NCBI GenBank assembly: GCA_965242725.1
Contig: CBDESZ010000027.1
Location: 1 to 64,000, forward strand
From: Alkalispirochaeta sp.
Lineage (GTDB): Bacteria; Spirochaetota; Spirochaetia; DSM-27196; Alkalispirochaetaceae
Direction: 5' to 3'
Length of the DNA: 64,000 nucleotides
Part shown: piece by piece, positions 20,769-32,188 of the stretch
How positions within the stretch are numbered: the first letter of the stretch is position 1
Layout of the letters: every line of letters begins with the position of its first letter
Position numbers and translations under genes: made by a program
Notes under the pieces: model-generated
Database searches by the model: none
The model's input: the letters and a program-made list of their open reading frames with translations, nothing else
What the model was told of the DNA's origin: nothing

Positions 20769-22166
20769 ATGAGTTACAGCAACCGCACGCGAATAGCCGG
20801 CTTACGGACGGCAAGTCCTTCGGACGATATCATCGAAGTCTACGGATGGGTACGAACCAAGCGGGATTCAAAAAACGTCTGTTTTTTTGAATTGAATGAC
20901 GGCTCGTCCCTGAAAGGGCTTCAGGGAATTATTGATAAAAACGAACGTGATCTCCAGGGAGAAATCGACCGCATGCAGACGGGCTGCAGCGTACGGGCGA
21001 CGGGCAGACTGGTATCCTCACCCGGCGAGGGCCAGACCGTTGAACTTGCCTGTACCGATCTTCACATCATAGGCGAGGCGCCGGCGGACCGGTATCCCCT
21101 CCAGAAGAAACGGCACAGCTTTGAATTTCTGCGGGAAATCGCCCATCTCCGGGGACGGACAAACACCTTCGGCGCGGTGATGCGCGTCCGGAATGAACTC
21201 AGTTACGGGGTCCACCGTTTTTTTCAGGAACGGGGTTTCCTCTATATTCACACGCCGATCATCACCGCCAGTGACGCGGAGGGTGCAGGCGCCCTTTTTC
21301 AGGTCACGACCCTCGACCTCGACAGGCTCCGGGATTCGGGGCAGCCCGTCGATTATTCCCGCGACTTTTTCGGTAAGCCCGCGTTTCTCACCGTCAGCGG
21401 TCAGCTGAACGCGGAATCCTACGCAACCGCTCTGGAACGGGTATACACCTTCGGGCCGACATTTCGGGCGGAACACTCAAACACCACCCGTCACCTCGCG
21501 GAATTCTGGATGATCGAACCGGAAATGGCTTTCTGCGATCTTGAATGCAACATGGAGGTGGCGGCAGATTTTGTCCGGGAGCTGTTGACCGTCGTACTGG
21601 ATCGCTGTCCCGACGACATGGCGTTTTTCGATCAGCGGATCGAAAAAGGAATCCTCGAGGACCTGGACCGGGTACGGGGGGGATCATTTGCCCACATGAC
21701 CTATACCGATGCGATCAAGGTTCTGGAAGGGAGCGGGCGTTCCTTCGACTATCCCGTGGAATGGGGCATCGACCTCCAGACGGAGCATGAGAAGTACCTC
21801 ACCGACGAGTACATCAAGGGTCCCGTTATCGTGACGGACTATCCCAGGGATATAAAAGCGTTCTACATGAAACAGAACGATGACGGAAGGACGGTTCGCG
21901 CGATGGATGTTCTCGTTCCGCGACTGGGTGAAATTATCGGCGGAAGCCAGCGTGAAGAGGATTTGGACCGTCTCAGAAAGAGAATCGCCGAAATGAATCT
22001 CGAAGAGAGCTCATACGACTGGTACCTCGACCTGCGTCGCTTCGGGACGGTTCCCCATTCCGGGTTCGGCCTCGGCTTTGAGCGTCTCGTACGCTACGTG
22101 ACGGGCATGCAGAACATCAGGGACGTCATTCCCTTTCCCCGCGCCGTCGGCAGCGCCGAGTTCTGA
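20769..22166 (+). CDS. asnS: Asparagine--tRNA ligase
   Basis: [48 protein letters not shown]; start reassigned to ATG 20769. Confidence 0.96.
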   Translation: MSYSNRTRIAGLRTASPSDDIIEVYGWVRTKRDSKNVCFFELNDGSSLKGLQGIIDKNERDLQGEIDRMQTGCSVRATGRLVSSPGEGQTVELACTDLHIIGEAPADRYPLQKKRHSFEFLREIAHLRGRTNTFGAVMRVRNELSYGVHRFFQERGFLYIHTPIITASDAEGAGALFQVTTLDLDRLRDSGQPVDYSRDFFGKPAFLTVSGQLNAESYATALERVYTFGPTFRAEHSNTTRHLAEFWMIEPEMAFCDLECNMEVAADFVRELLTVVLDRCPDDMAFFDQRIEKGILEDLDRVRGGSFAHMTYTDAIKVLEGSGRSFDYPVEWGIDLQTEHEKYLTDEYIKGPVIVTDYPRDIKAFYMKQNDDGRTVRAMDVLVPRLGEIIGGSQREEDLDRLRKRIAEMNLEESSYDWYLDLRRFGTVPHSGFGLGFERLVRYVTGMQNIRDVIPFPRAVGSAEF

Positions 22167-22193
22167 CTAAAAATCCCGTCGGGGTCACGATTC

Positions 22194-22223
22194 ACGACGG
22201 CCGGATAGGTACCCGGCCGTCGT
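22194..22223. terminator. GC-rich hairpin between convergent asnS and fprA
   Basis: 11-bp perfect stem ACGACGGCCGG/CCGGCCGTCGT; no clear U-tail. Confidence 0.5.
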
Positions 22224-22247
22224 CGGGTGTGCCCGCGAGCGGCACAT

Positions 22248-23486
22248 CTACGCTTTTGCAGCGCTGCTGACCCATTCCCTGACGGAGCGTGCGAGCTCCT
22301 TTCCGCGCTGGTGAATCAGGTCGAGTTCTTCCTGAGAGGGAGACCCCTTGAACTCGACGGGTTCCAGAAAATCCCATCCCATTTTGTATCGCTCCTGTAT
22401 CTCATCCAGTTCCTTCTGGGCACCGCCGGACCACCCGTAACTGCCGAAGCGAAAGGCCTTCCGGTTCATCGCTTTTTTTCGCCCAAGCTCATCCACGACG
22501 ATGGCCATAGGTGCAAACATCTTGTACTCATAGGTCGGCATGCCGAGGACGACGCCGCTTGAGTTCCAGACGTCCCGAAGAATATAGGAATAATGCGTTT
22601 CCGGTACCTGATGGACGTTCACCTTCACGCCCTCACTGCGAATGCCTTCCACAACCGGTTCAACACCGTTCGCCGTGTTGCCGTACATGGAGCCCCAGAT
22701 AACGGTGATTTCTTCCTTTGCGGGGCCCTTGCTGTATGCGGCATAACGTTTGTAATCGTCGATGATTTTCTGCGGGTTCTGTCGCCACACGATACCGTGA
22801 CCGGGTGCGATAATCTTCACCGGCAGCTTTTCCGTTTTTCCGACCGCCTTTTTTGCCGGCGCAGAGAAAGCGCCTACAATATTGGCGTAGTATCGCGACG
22901 CTTCTTCCTCAAAGAAATCGATTTCTTCCTGTGAGAGTTGATCGTCATAGGGGGAATCGGTAATCGCACCAAAGGCACCAAAGGCGTCACAGGGGAAGAG
23001 CGTTCCCGACTTGGTGTCAAAGGTAGCCATCGTCTCCGGCCAGTGGACGTTGGGAATCTCTTCAAACGCGAGGACCCGGCCTCCACCGAGATCAAGGGTA
23101 TCACCGGATTTGACGGTTACGATCTCGTTTTCGATTGCGTAAAAGGCTGCCAGGAGATCTTTGGCCTTTTCCGTCGTGACAATCTTGAAATTCGGCCGAA
23201 TCTTCTTGAAATCCTTCAACCACCCTGAATGGTCGGGTTCCATGTGGTTGATGATGACGTAATCGATGTCATCGGCATTGACGTTCATCTGCCTGAACTG
23301 GTCAAAAAGGACTTCAGGCGTACCGTCCCAGTCACAGACGCCGTCGATAATCGCCACCTTATCACCTTTGACGATGTAAGAATTCATCGAAAATCCATGG
23401 GGGATCGGCCACATTCCTTCAAATAAAATGTCGTGAACGTTGGCGGACAAGCGCCATACGCCGTCGGTAACTTGTGTCGATTGCAT
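22248..23486 (-). CDS. fprA: Flavodiiron protein (FprA family O2/NO reductase)
   Basis: NHMEPDHSG, VHWPE, CDAFG, PGHG, SMYGNT, GSYGWSG. Confidence 0.92.
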   Translation of the reverse strand: MQSTQVTDGVWRLSANVHDILFEGMWPIPHGFSMNSYIVKGDKVAIIDGVCDWDGTPEVLFDQFRQMNVNADDIDYVIINHMEPDHSGWLKDFKKIRPNFKIVTTEKAKDLLAAFYAIENEIVTVKSGDTLDLGGGRVLAFEEIPNVHWPETMATFDTKSGTLFPCDAFGAFGAITDSPYDDQLSQEEIDFFEEEASRYYANIVGAFSAPAKKAVGKTEKLPVKIIAPGHGIVWRQNPQKIIDDYKRYAAYSKGPAKEEITVIWGSMYGNTANGVEPVVEGIRSEGVKVNVHQVPETHYSYILRDVWNSSGVVLGMPTYEYKMFAPMAIVVDELGRKKAMNRKAFRFGSYGWSGGAQKELDEIQERYKMGWDFLEPVEFKGSPSQEELDLIHQRGKELARSVREWVSSAAKA

Positions 23487-23556
23487 ATCGTCCTTCCTTT
23501 GATGTTATGTATCGCGGTACATACCGCCCATAAACAGGCGGTGAACCGGTCAAAGT

Positions 23557-24045
23557 TTATCGATTTACTTCTCTAAATGTACGATCCTTCGGCAAAGAAG
23601 ACAAGACTCGGTCGAGGGCATCGGCAAACATCTTCCGTTCCCGGGGGCCGAATCTCTTTTTCCGCTCCATCGACTCCAGACCCATTTCCCTGATGCGGGC
23701 GTTGACGTCCCGCACGGAGCGGCGCTCCCCGATCATTTCCGGAGAGAAAACGGTTCCCCTGTCATTCAGGACTGTACAATGGGGAAACTCGAGGCATCGC
23801 TCGGCGAGGGGGATATCCCGGGTGATGAGGATAACCTCCCGGGTGACCTCGTTCAGCTGCGATACAATATGGTCGTCGACACTTGTCCCGTCAACAACCG
23901 TTTGTTCCGCATTTTTCGGAAGGGGAAGCTCTCTGTTCGAAAAGAACTGCAGCGCGATGCGGCCCCGCTCGGACCAACGCAGGAGGATCTCCCGTACCGG
24001 AACGGGACAGGAGTCACCGTCCACCCAGACTGCAGGTGCGGTCAT
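23557..24045 (-). CDS. YaiI/YqxD (DUF188) family protein
   Basis: WVDGDSCP, VDDHI, ITRDIPLA, F-D-LDR motifs. Confidence 0.85.
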   Translation of the reverse strand: MTAPAVWVDGDSCPVPVREILLRWSERGRIALQFFSNRELPLPKNAEQTVVDGTSVDDHIVSQLNEVTREVILITRDIPLAERCLEFPHCTVLNDRGTVFSPEMIGERRSVRDVNARIREMGLESMERKKRFGPRERKMFADALDRVLSSLPKDRTFREVNR

Positions 24046-25265
24046 TCCGATTTCTCCCGAACCATTTCCGGAAGGGCCGCGACAAATACTATTGCTTCAC
24101 CTTCCGTACCGTCCGATCCGGGGACAACTGAAATCGTATTTTCAGAGCCACCCCGAGGCGGCTCTATGAATACCGACGTCCCGGGCGTGAGGGAAAGGGT
24201 CGTCCCTCCGGCATGCACCTCCACCTCGCCGGCAATGGACAGAACGACGACGGGGCCGGACCGATGGGACAGAGCGATCCTTTCATGGGGACGTATCCGA
24301 AGCCGGTGCAATTCAAACTCTCGCGCAGGCGTGATGTACGTCCAGACCCGTGCCTCCCGATGGGGTTTGACGGGTGGTACGTTTTCACGGTCGAAACGGA
24401 GGATTCGCGCCAATTCATCCACGTCCACATGTTTTTCCGTGCATCCCGCTCTCAGTACGTTGTCTGAGGCGGCCATAATTTCAACGCCGGTGCCATAGAG
24501 GTAGGCGTGAAGGGTATTTGCATCGAGATACATCGCCTGCCCCGGTTTCAGATGAACCAGATTGAGATACAGGGGAGCGATCGTGCCCGGATCGTCGGGA
24601 AACTGCCGCTGCAGTTCAAGGACCCACCAGTACGGGTCGTCCCGGTCCCTGCCCGCCCGGGCGGCGGCGTACCGTTCAGCGGCTGCGCACAACGCGGAAC
24701 GTGTCTTCCCGTCATCTCGTATGCGCAGCAAATCCAGAAAGACCCGTTTCCATCGTGTTACCGTCGCATCCTCATACAACTCTTCAATGGCGCGTGCGAG
24801 GGCAACGGGAATGTTTGGGGCTCCCTCGATAATACCCGCCAGTTCCATGGCGATCGCCGATACGGGCCGGAATCCCCGTAATGCCCAGAAATCGGTCACG
24901 CCACATATGAGCTCCGGTTTGTGGTTGGTATCGCGATAGTTGCGTTCCCGCCCGTGAACGGGGACTCCCGCCGCGTTCTCCCTGGCAAATCCCTCTTCCG
25001 CGGAGATCTTGTCCGGGTGAGCCTGAATGGAGAGTCCTTTCTCGGCGGTTAGGATTTTCAACAGGAAAGGTATAGTGTTGACGGGAATCGGCGTTGTGTG
25101 CCCCTCCGGGTCAACGAGGAGACTGGGACCCCGCGGATGAGCTCCCATCCACAACTCGGCCTCCCGCTCCTCAGCCGGTTCATCAACCCCGCGGAGACGT
25201 TGCAACATCGTCGTACTTCCCCATCCGTAATGCTGCACCGTATTCTCCATGAGGTACATTCCCAT
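24042..25265 (-). CDS. manA: Mannose-6-phosphate isomerase, class I
   Basis: AELWMGAHP, LSIQAHP, NYRDTNHKPE, HAYL, EIMAASDNVLRAG. Confidence 0.93.
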   Translation of the reverse strand: MGMYLMENTVQHYGWGSTTMLQRLRGVDEPAEEREAELWMGAHPRGPSLLVDPEGHTTPIPVNTIPFLLKILTAEKGLSIQAHPDKISAEEGFARENAAGVPVHGRERNYRDTNHKPELICGVTDFWALRGFRPVSAIAMELAGIIEGAPNIPVALARAIEELYEDATVTRWKRVFLDLLRIRDDGKTRSALCAAAERYAAARAGRDRDDPYWWVLELQRQFPDDPGTIAPLYLNLVHLKPGQAMYLDANTLHAYLYGTGVEIMAASDNVLRAGCTEKHVDVDELARILRFDRENVPPVKPHREARVWTYITPAREFELHRLRIRPHERIALSHRSGPVVVLSIAGEVEVHAGGTTLSLTPGTSVFIEPPRGGSENTISVVPGSDGTEGEAIVFVAALPEMVREKSE

Positions 25266-25360
25266 ATGGGTATACTAGGGTGCATCAAGGGAGAGGTCAA
25301 GAAGAGCTCTTTGTGGGGACATGTTGCCACACCCCTGGGGGAGAACTAAAATAGACAACC

Positions 25361-27028
25361 ATGAAACACTCAAGTCTGCAAAAACAACGTTATACATATC
25401 AGCCGAAGCTGCCGCCTGCTGTACGCGGTGACATCGCGACGATTTCCGTCGCCCTCGGAGAACCGACCGAGTCGGTTGCCGACCGGGATGAACTGAAAAA
25501 AGAGTTTGTGAAGACCTACGGCAAACCGATTGCCACTCTTGAGGCGGAAAAAAACAATCCCGCAGCGGGAGCAAAACGCACGGTAGGCGTCATCCTGTCA
25601 GGAGGACAGGCACCGGGCGGTCACAACGTCATTGCCGGCATCTTTGATGCCCTGAAGGGGGCAAACCCGCAGAACCGTCTCCTTGGATTCCAGGGCGGTC
25701 CCTCGGGTCTCATAGAAGACCGCAAAATTGAAATTACCTCGGAGTATATGGACCAATACCGCAATACCGGCGGATTCGACATCATCGGCAGCGGGAGAAC
25801 CAAGATCGAGACCAGCGAGCAGTTCGCAGCCGTCCGGGAAACGTGCAGGAAAAACGGCGTTGACGCCGTTGTCGTCATCGGAGGCGACGACAGCAATACA
25901 AATGCGGCGCTCCTGGCGGAGTACTTTGTCCAGCATGGCGATCCGGTTCAAGTGATCGGCGTCCCCAAGACGATAGACGGCGACCTGAAGAATGAGTATA
26001 TCGAGACGTCTTTCGGCTTTGACACCGCCGTCAAGACGTACTCAGAACTCATCGGAAACATCGGCCGGGACGCCAACAGCGCCAAGAAATACTGGCATTT
26101 CATTAAACTCATGGGCCGCAGTGCCAGCCACATCGCCCTTGAGTGCGCCCTGCAGACCCAGCCCAGTGTGTGCATCATTTCCGAAGAAGTCGAGGAAAAA
26201 GGCCAGACCCTTAAAGACGTGGTGGACCATATCGCGGACGTCATCGCCGCCCGCGCCCGGGACGGCAAGAACTTCGGCGTTGTCCTTATCCCTGAAGGGC
26301 TGATTGAGTTTATCCCGGAGGTGGGATCTCTTATTCATGAGCTCAACGATCTCCTTGCTGCAAACAGCGAGGAATTCACCGCCATCGGTGATCCGGAAAA
26401 ACAGGCGCAGTGGGTGGACGGCAGGCTGCGCGGTGAGAGCGCCCGTGTTTTTTCCACTCTCCCCGAAGGAATCAGGCGACAGTTGCTTATGGATCGCGAT
26501 CCCCACGGCAACGTTCAGGTCTCACGCATCGAAACTGAAAAACTTCTCATCGAGATGGTTGACCACGAGCTTACTGCGCGGAAGGAACAGGGAAGCTACA
26601 CCGGCTCCTTCAGCACACAGAATCACTTTTTCGGGTATGAAGGTCGATGTGCCTTTCCGAGCAACTTTGACGCCGATTATACCTACAGTCTCGGCTATAC
26701 CGCCTTCATCCTCATTGCGAACGGCCTCACCGGCTACATATCCAGTGTCAGGAATCTCGCCCGGCCGTCGGATCAGTGGGTCGCGGGGGGAATCCCCCTC
26801 ACGATGATGATGAACATGGAACAGCGCCACGGCTCACGGAAGCCGGTCATACGAAAGGCCCTAGTGGAACTGAAGGGAGCACCCTTTTCATACTTCGCCG
26901 AAAGACGTGATGAGTGGGCGCGGGAAACGTCATTTACCAGTCCCGGAGCGATCCAGTATTACGGACCCGACGAGGTATGCAATATGCCGACGCTGACCCT
27001 CCGCCTTGAACACGGTATGGAGGTGTAA
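25361..27028 (+). CDS. pfp: Pyrophosphate-dependent phosphofructokinase (long type)
   Basis: [17 protein letters not shown] (PPi-type), PKTIDGD, MGRSASH. Confidence 0.95.
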   Translation: MKHSSLQKQRYTYQPKLPPAVRGDIATISVALGEPTESVADRDELKKEFVKTYGKPIATLEAEKNNPAAGAKRTVGVILSGGQAPGGHNVIAGIFDALKGANPQNRLLGFQGGPSGLIEDRKIEITSEYMDQYRNTGGFDIIGSGRTKIETSEQFAAVRETCRKNGVDAVVVIGGDDSNTNAALLAEYFVQHGDPVQVIGVPKTIDGDLKNEYIETSFGFDTAVKTYSELIGNIGRDANSAKKYWHFIKLMGRSASHIALECALQTQPSVCIISEEVEEKGQTLKDVVDHIADVIAARARDGKNFGVVLIPEGLIEFIPEVGSLIHELNDLLAANSEEFTAIGDPEKQAQWVDGRLRGESARVFSTLPEGIRRQLLMDRDPHGNVQVSRIETEKLLIEMVDHELTARKEQGSYTGSFSTQNHFFGYEGRCAFPSNFDADYTYSLGYTAFILIANGLTGYISSVRNLARPSDQWVAGGIPLTMMMNMEQRHGSRKPVIRKALVELKGAPFSYFAERRDEWARETSFTSPGAIQYYGPDEVCNMPTLTLRLEHGMEV

Positions 27029-27044
27029 CAGGGCGGCAGGTGCG

Positions 27045-28004
27045 TCAGGACGGTCGGATCGTTCCCGGTCTGACCGTCGTTGCGTTCATCGCCGCGGTGG
27101 CGTGTCCCCGGTCGACGGCGTCTTCCAGGGAGGCGCCCGTCGCGGATTCACAGAGAAATCCCGCGGCGAAGGCGTCTCCGCACCCGATCGTGTTTACCGC
27201 CTGAAGACGCATGGGAGGAATCCTGCGCAGTTTTCCCTGCCGATCCAGCACCAGCGTCGGCTGGGACCCCCTCGTGATCACGACGTCGACTCCCCGTTCA
27301 TGAAGAACCGTCATATGGCGATGAACCTTGCGTAACACCTCGGGGTCATCTGTGTGTTCCCCGAGGCCGGCGCCCCCGTCCAGAAAGAAGGTGTGGGCAA
27401 ACTCCACAAGATTTATCTTGATGACGTTCGGCAGCCGATCCGGCGTATTGTCGAGGCTTTTTTTCAGTGATTCACCCCGAAAGTCGGCCAGGACATAGAG
27501 ACCCGCCTCCCGTGCCGCACCGATAAGCCTCGCTGGAAGGTCGACGGGATATCCCGGCGCCATGGTACCGGCAAACACGAAGGTGCCGAAGCGGGGCAGT
27601 TGTTCCATAACCGTCGCCACGACCCCCTCCGTCGCCTCCGGTGAAACAAGGGCGGCCGGCTCGACCAGTTCCGTCGTCACCCCCTGACTTCGGTCCACAA
27701 TGGTGGTACATGTTCGAATATAGTCGCCGGCCTGTATCGCATTTGTCGGAACGTCCGCTTCCCCGCACATTTCAAGATACAGCTCCCTGTCGCCGCCCCC
27801 TGCGTGGGTTACATGAAAGGCCTCTTCACCGAGCTGGCCAAGGATACGGACGACGTTCAGCCCCTTGCCGGCGACATCGAAGTACTTTTCTTCGGCGCGG
27901 TTGACTTCTCCTGGACGAAATGGATCGACAACCAGCGTTTTCTGAAAGGTCGGGTTGAGCGTGACGGCGAGGAAGGGTGATTGTGCATGTGACAGTTGGT
28001 TCAT
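27045..28004 (-). CDS. PfkB-family sugar kinase (1-phosphofructokinase-like)
   Basis: TLNP, AGKGLNV, KINLVE, NTIGCGDAF. Confidence 0.88.
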   Translation of the reverse strand: MNQLSHAQSPFLAVTLNPTFQKTLVVDPFRPGEVNRAEEKYFDVAGKGLNVVRILGQLGEEAFHVTHAGGGDRELYLEMCGEADVPTNAIQAGDYIRTCTTIVDRSQGVTTELVEPAALVSPEATEGVVATVMEQLPRFGTFVFAGTMAPGYPVDLPARLIGAAREAGLYVLADFRGESLKKSLDNTPDRLPNVIKINLVEFAHTFFLDGGAGLGEHTDDPEVLRKVHRHMTVLHERGVDVVITRGSQPTLVLDRQGKLRRIPPMRLQAVNTIGCGDAFAAGFLCESATGASLEDAVDRGHATAAMNATTVRPGTIRPS

Positions 28005-29197
28005 GAGAGGACGGCCTCCAGTATCTTTGTGATCTCTTCAGTCGAAAGCGTGACGGGGTGATTTTTCATGCCGCATTTGGGAGCGACGACGGTGATATCG
28101 GATTCCGTAAACCCGAAGGAATCCAGTCGGGGCAATGGAGCGGCCCACGTTTCAAGGAGTGCAATGAGGGCTTCGACGCTCCCCGGCCCTCCCCCGGCAC
28201 CCAGCGCCTCGGCGATGTGGCCGTACCGCTCCACGACCTGCCCGCTGCCGGAATGGCGTGAGGCGACGGTAATCCGAACCGACGGTGCGACGGTGAGTCC
28301 GCACACAACCCCGTGGGGAATATCTTTCATGGCGCCAACCGGGGAGGCGATACCGTGCACCACCCCCAGTCCCACCGACGCGAGTCCGACTCCACTCAAA
28401 TACGCCGCCAGCGCCATACCGGCGCGAAGTTCTGTGGAATCCTCTCCGCTCAGGAGTCGTGGAAAGACCTCGCCTGCCAGCGAAAGACCTTTCAGCGCAA
28501 GGGTGTCCGTCAATGTGTTGCCCACCGTCGAGAGATAGACCTCCATCAATTGCGTCACCGCATCAAGACCGCTGGCGCGGGTGATTTCCGCCGGCGTGCC
28601 CACATGCAGCTCCGGATCAATAAGGGCGGCCGCAGGAACGTAATTGTCGTGGCGGAGCGACTTTTTGTATCCACCCGGTCCGGTATTGCAGAGCACGGCG
28701 TTTTTCGTTGCCTCACTGCCTGTTCCTGCCGTTGTCGGTACTGCAATGAGCGGTAATGTCCGCCCGTCCGGGACCGACTCCCCCACCCCTTCAAGATAGT
28801 CCGCGATGGAAGAGCTCCGCCGCTGCGCGGCATCGCCACCGGAGCTCCGACACATTCCCAGCGCGGCGGCCAGCGCCTTGGCGGCGTCCATGACGCTCCC
28901 TCCCCCGATCGCGACGACGTGATCGCAGAGCGGCAAGTCCCTCAGGACTTCATCGGTAAAATGATCTACCGTCTCGGGCGTCGGTTCACCGCGCACCGTA
29001 AAATCGAGAAAGGAAATATTCTTTTCAAGGAGTGTGTCGGTAAGTTCCGCCCACGCCTCCTTCCCCCGGATCGAACGGCCGCCGGTTACGATGGCCACAG
29101 CCGTACTTCCTCGCGCTGAAAGCAGCGCCGGAAGAGATGCTACTATTCCGTTCCGGAGATGCATCTCCGGCTGAGTCGCGACATATATATTTTTCAT
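28001..29197 (-). CDS. Iron-containing alcohol dehydrogenase
   Basis: GEPT, GGGSVMDAAK, PTTAGTGSEAT, GLDAVTQ, GVVHG, HG. Confidence 0.9.
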   Translation of the reverse strand: MKNIYVATQPEMHLRNGIVASLPALLSARGSTAVAIVTGGRSIRGKEAWAELTDTLLEKNISFLDFTVRGEPTPETVDHFTDEVLRDLPLCDHVVAIGGGSVMDAAKALAAALGMCRSSGGDAAQRRSSSIADYLEGVGESVPDGRTLPLIAVPTTAGTGSEATKNAVLCNTGPGGYKKSLRHDNYVPAAALIDPELHVGTPAEITRASGLDAVTQLMEVYLSTVGNTLTDTLALKGLSLAGEVFPRLLSGEDSTELRAGMALAAYLSGVGLASVGLGVVHGIASPVGAMKDIPHGVVCGLTVAPSVRITVASRHSGSGQVVERYGHIAEALGAGGGPGSVEALIALLETWAAPLPRLDSFGFTESDITVVAPKCGMKNHPVTLSTEEITKILEAVLS

Positions 29198-29327
29198 AGG
29201 TCATTCACCTCAAGTACCGCATGGTATACCCGCAAACGATCGAAAGTCCATAATCTATTACTTCCAATTTTAATAATGTAATATCTAATTATATCTAATA
29301 TTGCCGCAAATTCGGGAAGAATTTCGG

Positions 29328-29356
29328 TTGTGTCCTTCCGAAAAGGGCATTATCAT
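29328..29356 (+). promoter_or_regulatory. Putative sigma70 promoter of the 29417 gene
   Basis: TTGTGT-N17-TATCAT in AT-rich intergenic DNA. Confidence 0.5.
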
Positions 29357-29416
29357 TAAAATGCAATTTAAGATAGGCAGGGAACTGCTAGTCAATTTTT
29401 ACGTCAGGAGGATCTT

Positions 29417-30202
29417 ATGAAGAAGTTCGCCCTTATTGTGGGGGCTCTGCTGCTCGCTGTGTCCATGGTAGCGGTTGCCCAAAGCGTAAACGACGATTTC
29501 TCATCCATGCGCAATTGGCGCGCCGGTGAGGGAGACTGGGTCGTACGCGGTGGCCGTCTCGTTCAGCAGGACGCCGACAGTGCACTTGCTCGCATCGATC
29601 GATCCGTTCAACAAAGCGGTGAATATGAGGTGGAATTCACAATCCGGTACGTGGATGGTGGATACAAGAGCATGGAGGATTTCCGCGACGGTATTTATCA
29701 CGCAGGATTCGGTATTCACGTCGGTGTGGAAAACCCGGCGTTGGGTAAGGCTTCATGGGGCGCAGGCAACAGCTACCTCCTGTGGCTCAACCTTGACACC
29801 CGCCCCGAAACTCGTAGAAGCCATCCGGAACACTACGGCTTCCGCGCTCAAGTCTACAAGAGTGACAATAACTCAACGATGTCCCTCGCCCGGGACCCGG
29901 CGATTCGCCGCGACCCCGAACTCCGCCGCCTGGTCGTTGATGACTACATGAGCATTGATCTCATTGCGGCGTTGCGCGCGTGGGGTGTGGACGTATCCAT
30001 AGACGATCTCGGTCGCTATCTGAATCAGGACGTTCCCATCAACATTCGTGTCAATACAAGAACGGGACGCATCGGTGTTCTCGATCCGACCGCCCCGATC
30101 AGGTTTTACTTCAATGTAGACCCGGCCGTTCTCGCCGGTAACTACATGTCCCTGCGAACCAACAGTCTCGCCGCCAGTTACAACTACTTTACCGTAGAGT
30201 AA
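29417..30202 (+). CDS. Hypothetical secreted protein (beta-rich, ConA/lectin-like fold possible)
   Basis: Strong SD AGGAGG, signal peptide ending AVA-Q, WVVRGGRLVQ motif, own terminator. Confidence 0.75.
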   Translation: MKKFALIVGALLLAVSMVAVAQSVNDDFSSMRNWRAGEGDWVVRGGRLVQQDADSALARIDRSVQQSGEYEVEFTIRYVDGGYKSMEDFRDGIYHAGFGIHVGVENPALGKASWGAGNSYLLWLNLDTRPETRRSHPEHYGFRAQVYKSDNNSTMSLARDPAIRRDPELRRLVVDDYMSIDLIAALRAWGVDVSIDDLGRYLNQDVPINIRVNTRTGRIGVLDPTAPIRFYFNVDPAVLAGNYMSLRTNSLAASYNYFTVE

Positions 30203-30224
30203 TCGGAACCCTTTTCGCAGGAAC

Positions 30225-30255
30225 AAACCGGGCGTTTATCGCCCGGTTTTTTTTT
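30225..30255 (+). terminator. Intrinsic terminator
   Basis: AAACCGGGCG-tttat-CGCCCGGTTT followed by a T-run. Confidence 0.85.
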
Positions 30256-30289
30256 ACACCATCCCTGTGCTCCCATGGTACAATCGCCC

Positions 30290-32188
30290 ATGAGCATAAC
30301 CATTCCACAACTACTTCAAAACATTGCCGGCCGCTTTCCGGACAATACGGCACAATTGTACAAGGATGAGCAGGGCGCCTTTCACCCCCGTTCATGGCAG
30401 GAATTACGTCTCCTCGTCGACCAGTGCGCCGCAGGACTGATTGAACTCGGTATTACCCGGGGTGATCACGTGGGTCTCATATCGGAAAACCGGGCCGAAT
30501 GGTTCGTTGCGGACCTCGGAACGATGACTATCGGCGCCGCCGACGTCCCCCGCGGCAACGATGCTACTCCCCAGGAACTGGCGTTCATCCTTGGCGCGAC
30601 GGAAACGTCCGTTGTCTTTGTGGAAAATGAAAGCCAGCAGGAAAAAGTGCTGGGCGTTGCCGATCGCCTTCCCGCTCTCAAGACACTTGTACGTCTCGAC
30701 GACGGTACTGATTCCGCTTCCGCCGGGGGAACGGTACATATCATTCCGTTTCGCGCCCTCCTCCAGGAAGGAGCACGGAAACTGGAAAAAGAGCCCGCAG
30801 TCGTCGATGCAGCCCGTGAGGAGGGTGACGGTGATGACGTAGCGACGGTTATTTTCACTTCCGGTACGACCGGCGAGCCCAAGGGCGTCATGCTGAGCCA
30901 CCGTAATTTCCTGCATCAGGTGGAAAACGTCCCCAAGCTGATTGACGTCGGTTCCGACGATATTTGGCTCTGTGTTCTTCCCGTCTGGCACTCCTTTGAA
31001 CGGATCATGCAGTACGTCTCCCTCGGAGCCGGCTCCGCCCTCGCATATTCAAAACCGATAGGCAAGATCATGCTTGAGGACTTTCAAAAGGTGCGTCCCA
31101 CCTGGATGGCCAGCGTCCCCCGTATATGGGAAGCGATACGGGCCGGGATATATCGCAATATCAAGAAACAGAGCGCCGTTACCCGGGGCCTCTTTTCCTT
31201 CTTTGTAGCCGTCGGCGGCAGATGGGCGGCGTTACGTGATATGTTCACCGGGCGGTTGCCCCGGTTCCACAAGCGCATACGCATCGTCGATGCCCTCATC
31301 GCCGCACTTCCTCTCCTGCTGCTGACTCCCCTCAAGTTGCTTGGCGATGTGCTCGTCTTCCGGAAGATCCGTGCCCGACTGGGTGGACGATTCAAGGCGG
31401 GAATATCCGGCGGCGGAGCACTCCCGTCGGTGGTGGACCGGTTTTTCTCCGCTGCGGGGATTCTTCTTCTGGAGGGGTACGGTCTGACCGAGACCGCACC
31501 CGTGTTGGGAGTCCGCGCGCAAAACCATCCCGTCCCGGGAACGGTCGGCCCCGTCTTTCCCGGCACGGAAATCAAGATCGTCGACGACAACGGAAATGTC
31601 CTGCCCCCGGGTCATCAGGGTGTCATTTTTGCACGGGGACCGCAGGTCATGAAAGGATACTACCGCCGCCCCGATCTGACCACACAGATTCTGTCCGATG
31701 ACGGCTGGATCAATACCGGTGATCTGGGAATGCTCACCTGGGACAATGAGTTGAAAATTACCGGCCGCGCAAAGGACACGATCGTCCTGCTCGGCGGAGA
31801 AAACATCGAGCCTGCGCCGATCGAGGAACGCCTCAGGGAGTCCGAATATATCGCCCAGGCGGTCGTCCTCGGACAGGATCAGAAGTTCCTCGCCGCGTTG
31901 ATCGTTCCCGACTTTGAAGCCCTCGAGGCGTGGGCCGAAAACGAACAGATAACCACCTCTTCCCGGGACGCCCTTGTGGAGGAGCCACAAGTCAGGACTC
32001 TGTTCAATCAGATTATTTCAAATCTGGTGAGTACACAGAACGGATTCAAGTCCTTTGAACAGATTTACCGGTTCAGCCTTCTTTCTGATGACTTTACCGT
32101 GGGTGAAGAGCTCTCGGCGAAGCAGGAGATAAAACGTCACGTCATCCAGGAGCGGTACGACCGTCAGATCAGGGAACTCTTCTCGTAA
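30290..32188 (+). CDS. fadD: Long-chain fatty acid--CoA ligase
   Basis: FTSGTTGEPKG, EGYGLTE, TGDLG, GRAKDTIVL. Confidence 0.9.
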   Translation: MSITIPQLLQNIAGRFPDNTAQLYKDEQGAFHPRSWQELRLLVDQCAAGLIELGITRGDHVGLISENRAEWFVADLGTMTIGAADVPRGNDATPQELAFILGATETSVVFVENESQQEKVLGVADRLPALKTLVRLDDGTDSASAGGTVHIIPFRALLQEGARKLEKEPAVVDAAREEGDGDDVATVIFTSGTTGEPKGVMLSHRNFLHQVENVPKLIDVGSDDIWLCVLPVWHSFERIMQYVSLGAGSALAYSKPIGKIMLEDFQKVRPTWMASVPRIWEAIRAGIYRNIKKQSAVTRGLFSFFVAVGGRWAALRDMFTGRLPRFHKRIRIVDALIAALPLLLLTPLKLLGDVLVFRKIRARLGGRFKAGISGGGALPSVVDRFFSAAGILLLEGYGLTETAPVLGVRAQNHPVPGTVGPVFPGTEIKIVDDNGNVLPPGHQGVIFARGPQVMKGYYRRPDLTTQILSDDGWINTGDLGMLTWDNELKITGRAKDTIVLLGGENIEPAPIEERLRESEYIAQAVVLGQDQKFLAALIVPDFEALEAWAENEQITTSSRDALVEEPQVRTLFNQIISNLVSTQNGFKSFEQIYRFSLLSDDFTVGEELSAKQEIKRHVIQERYDRQIRELFS

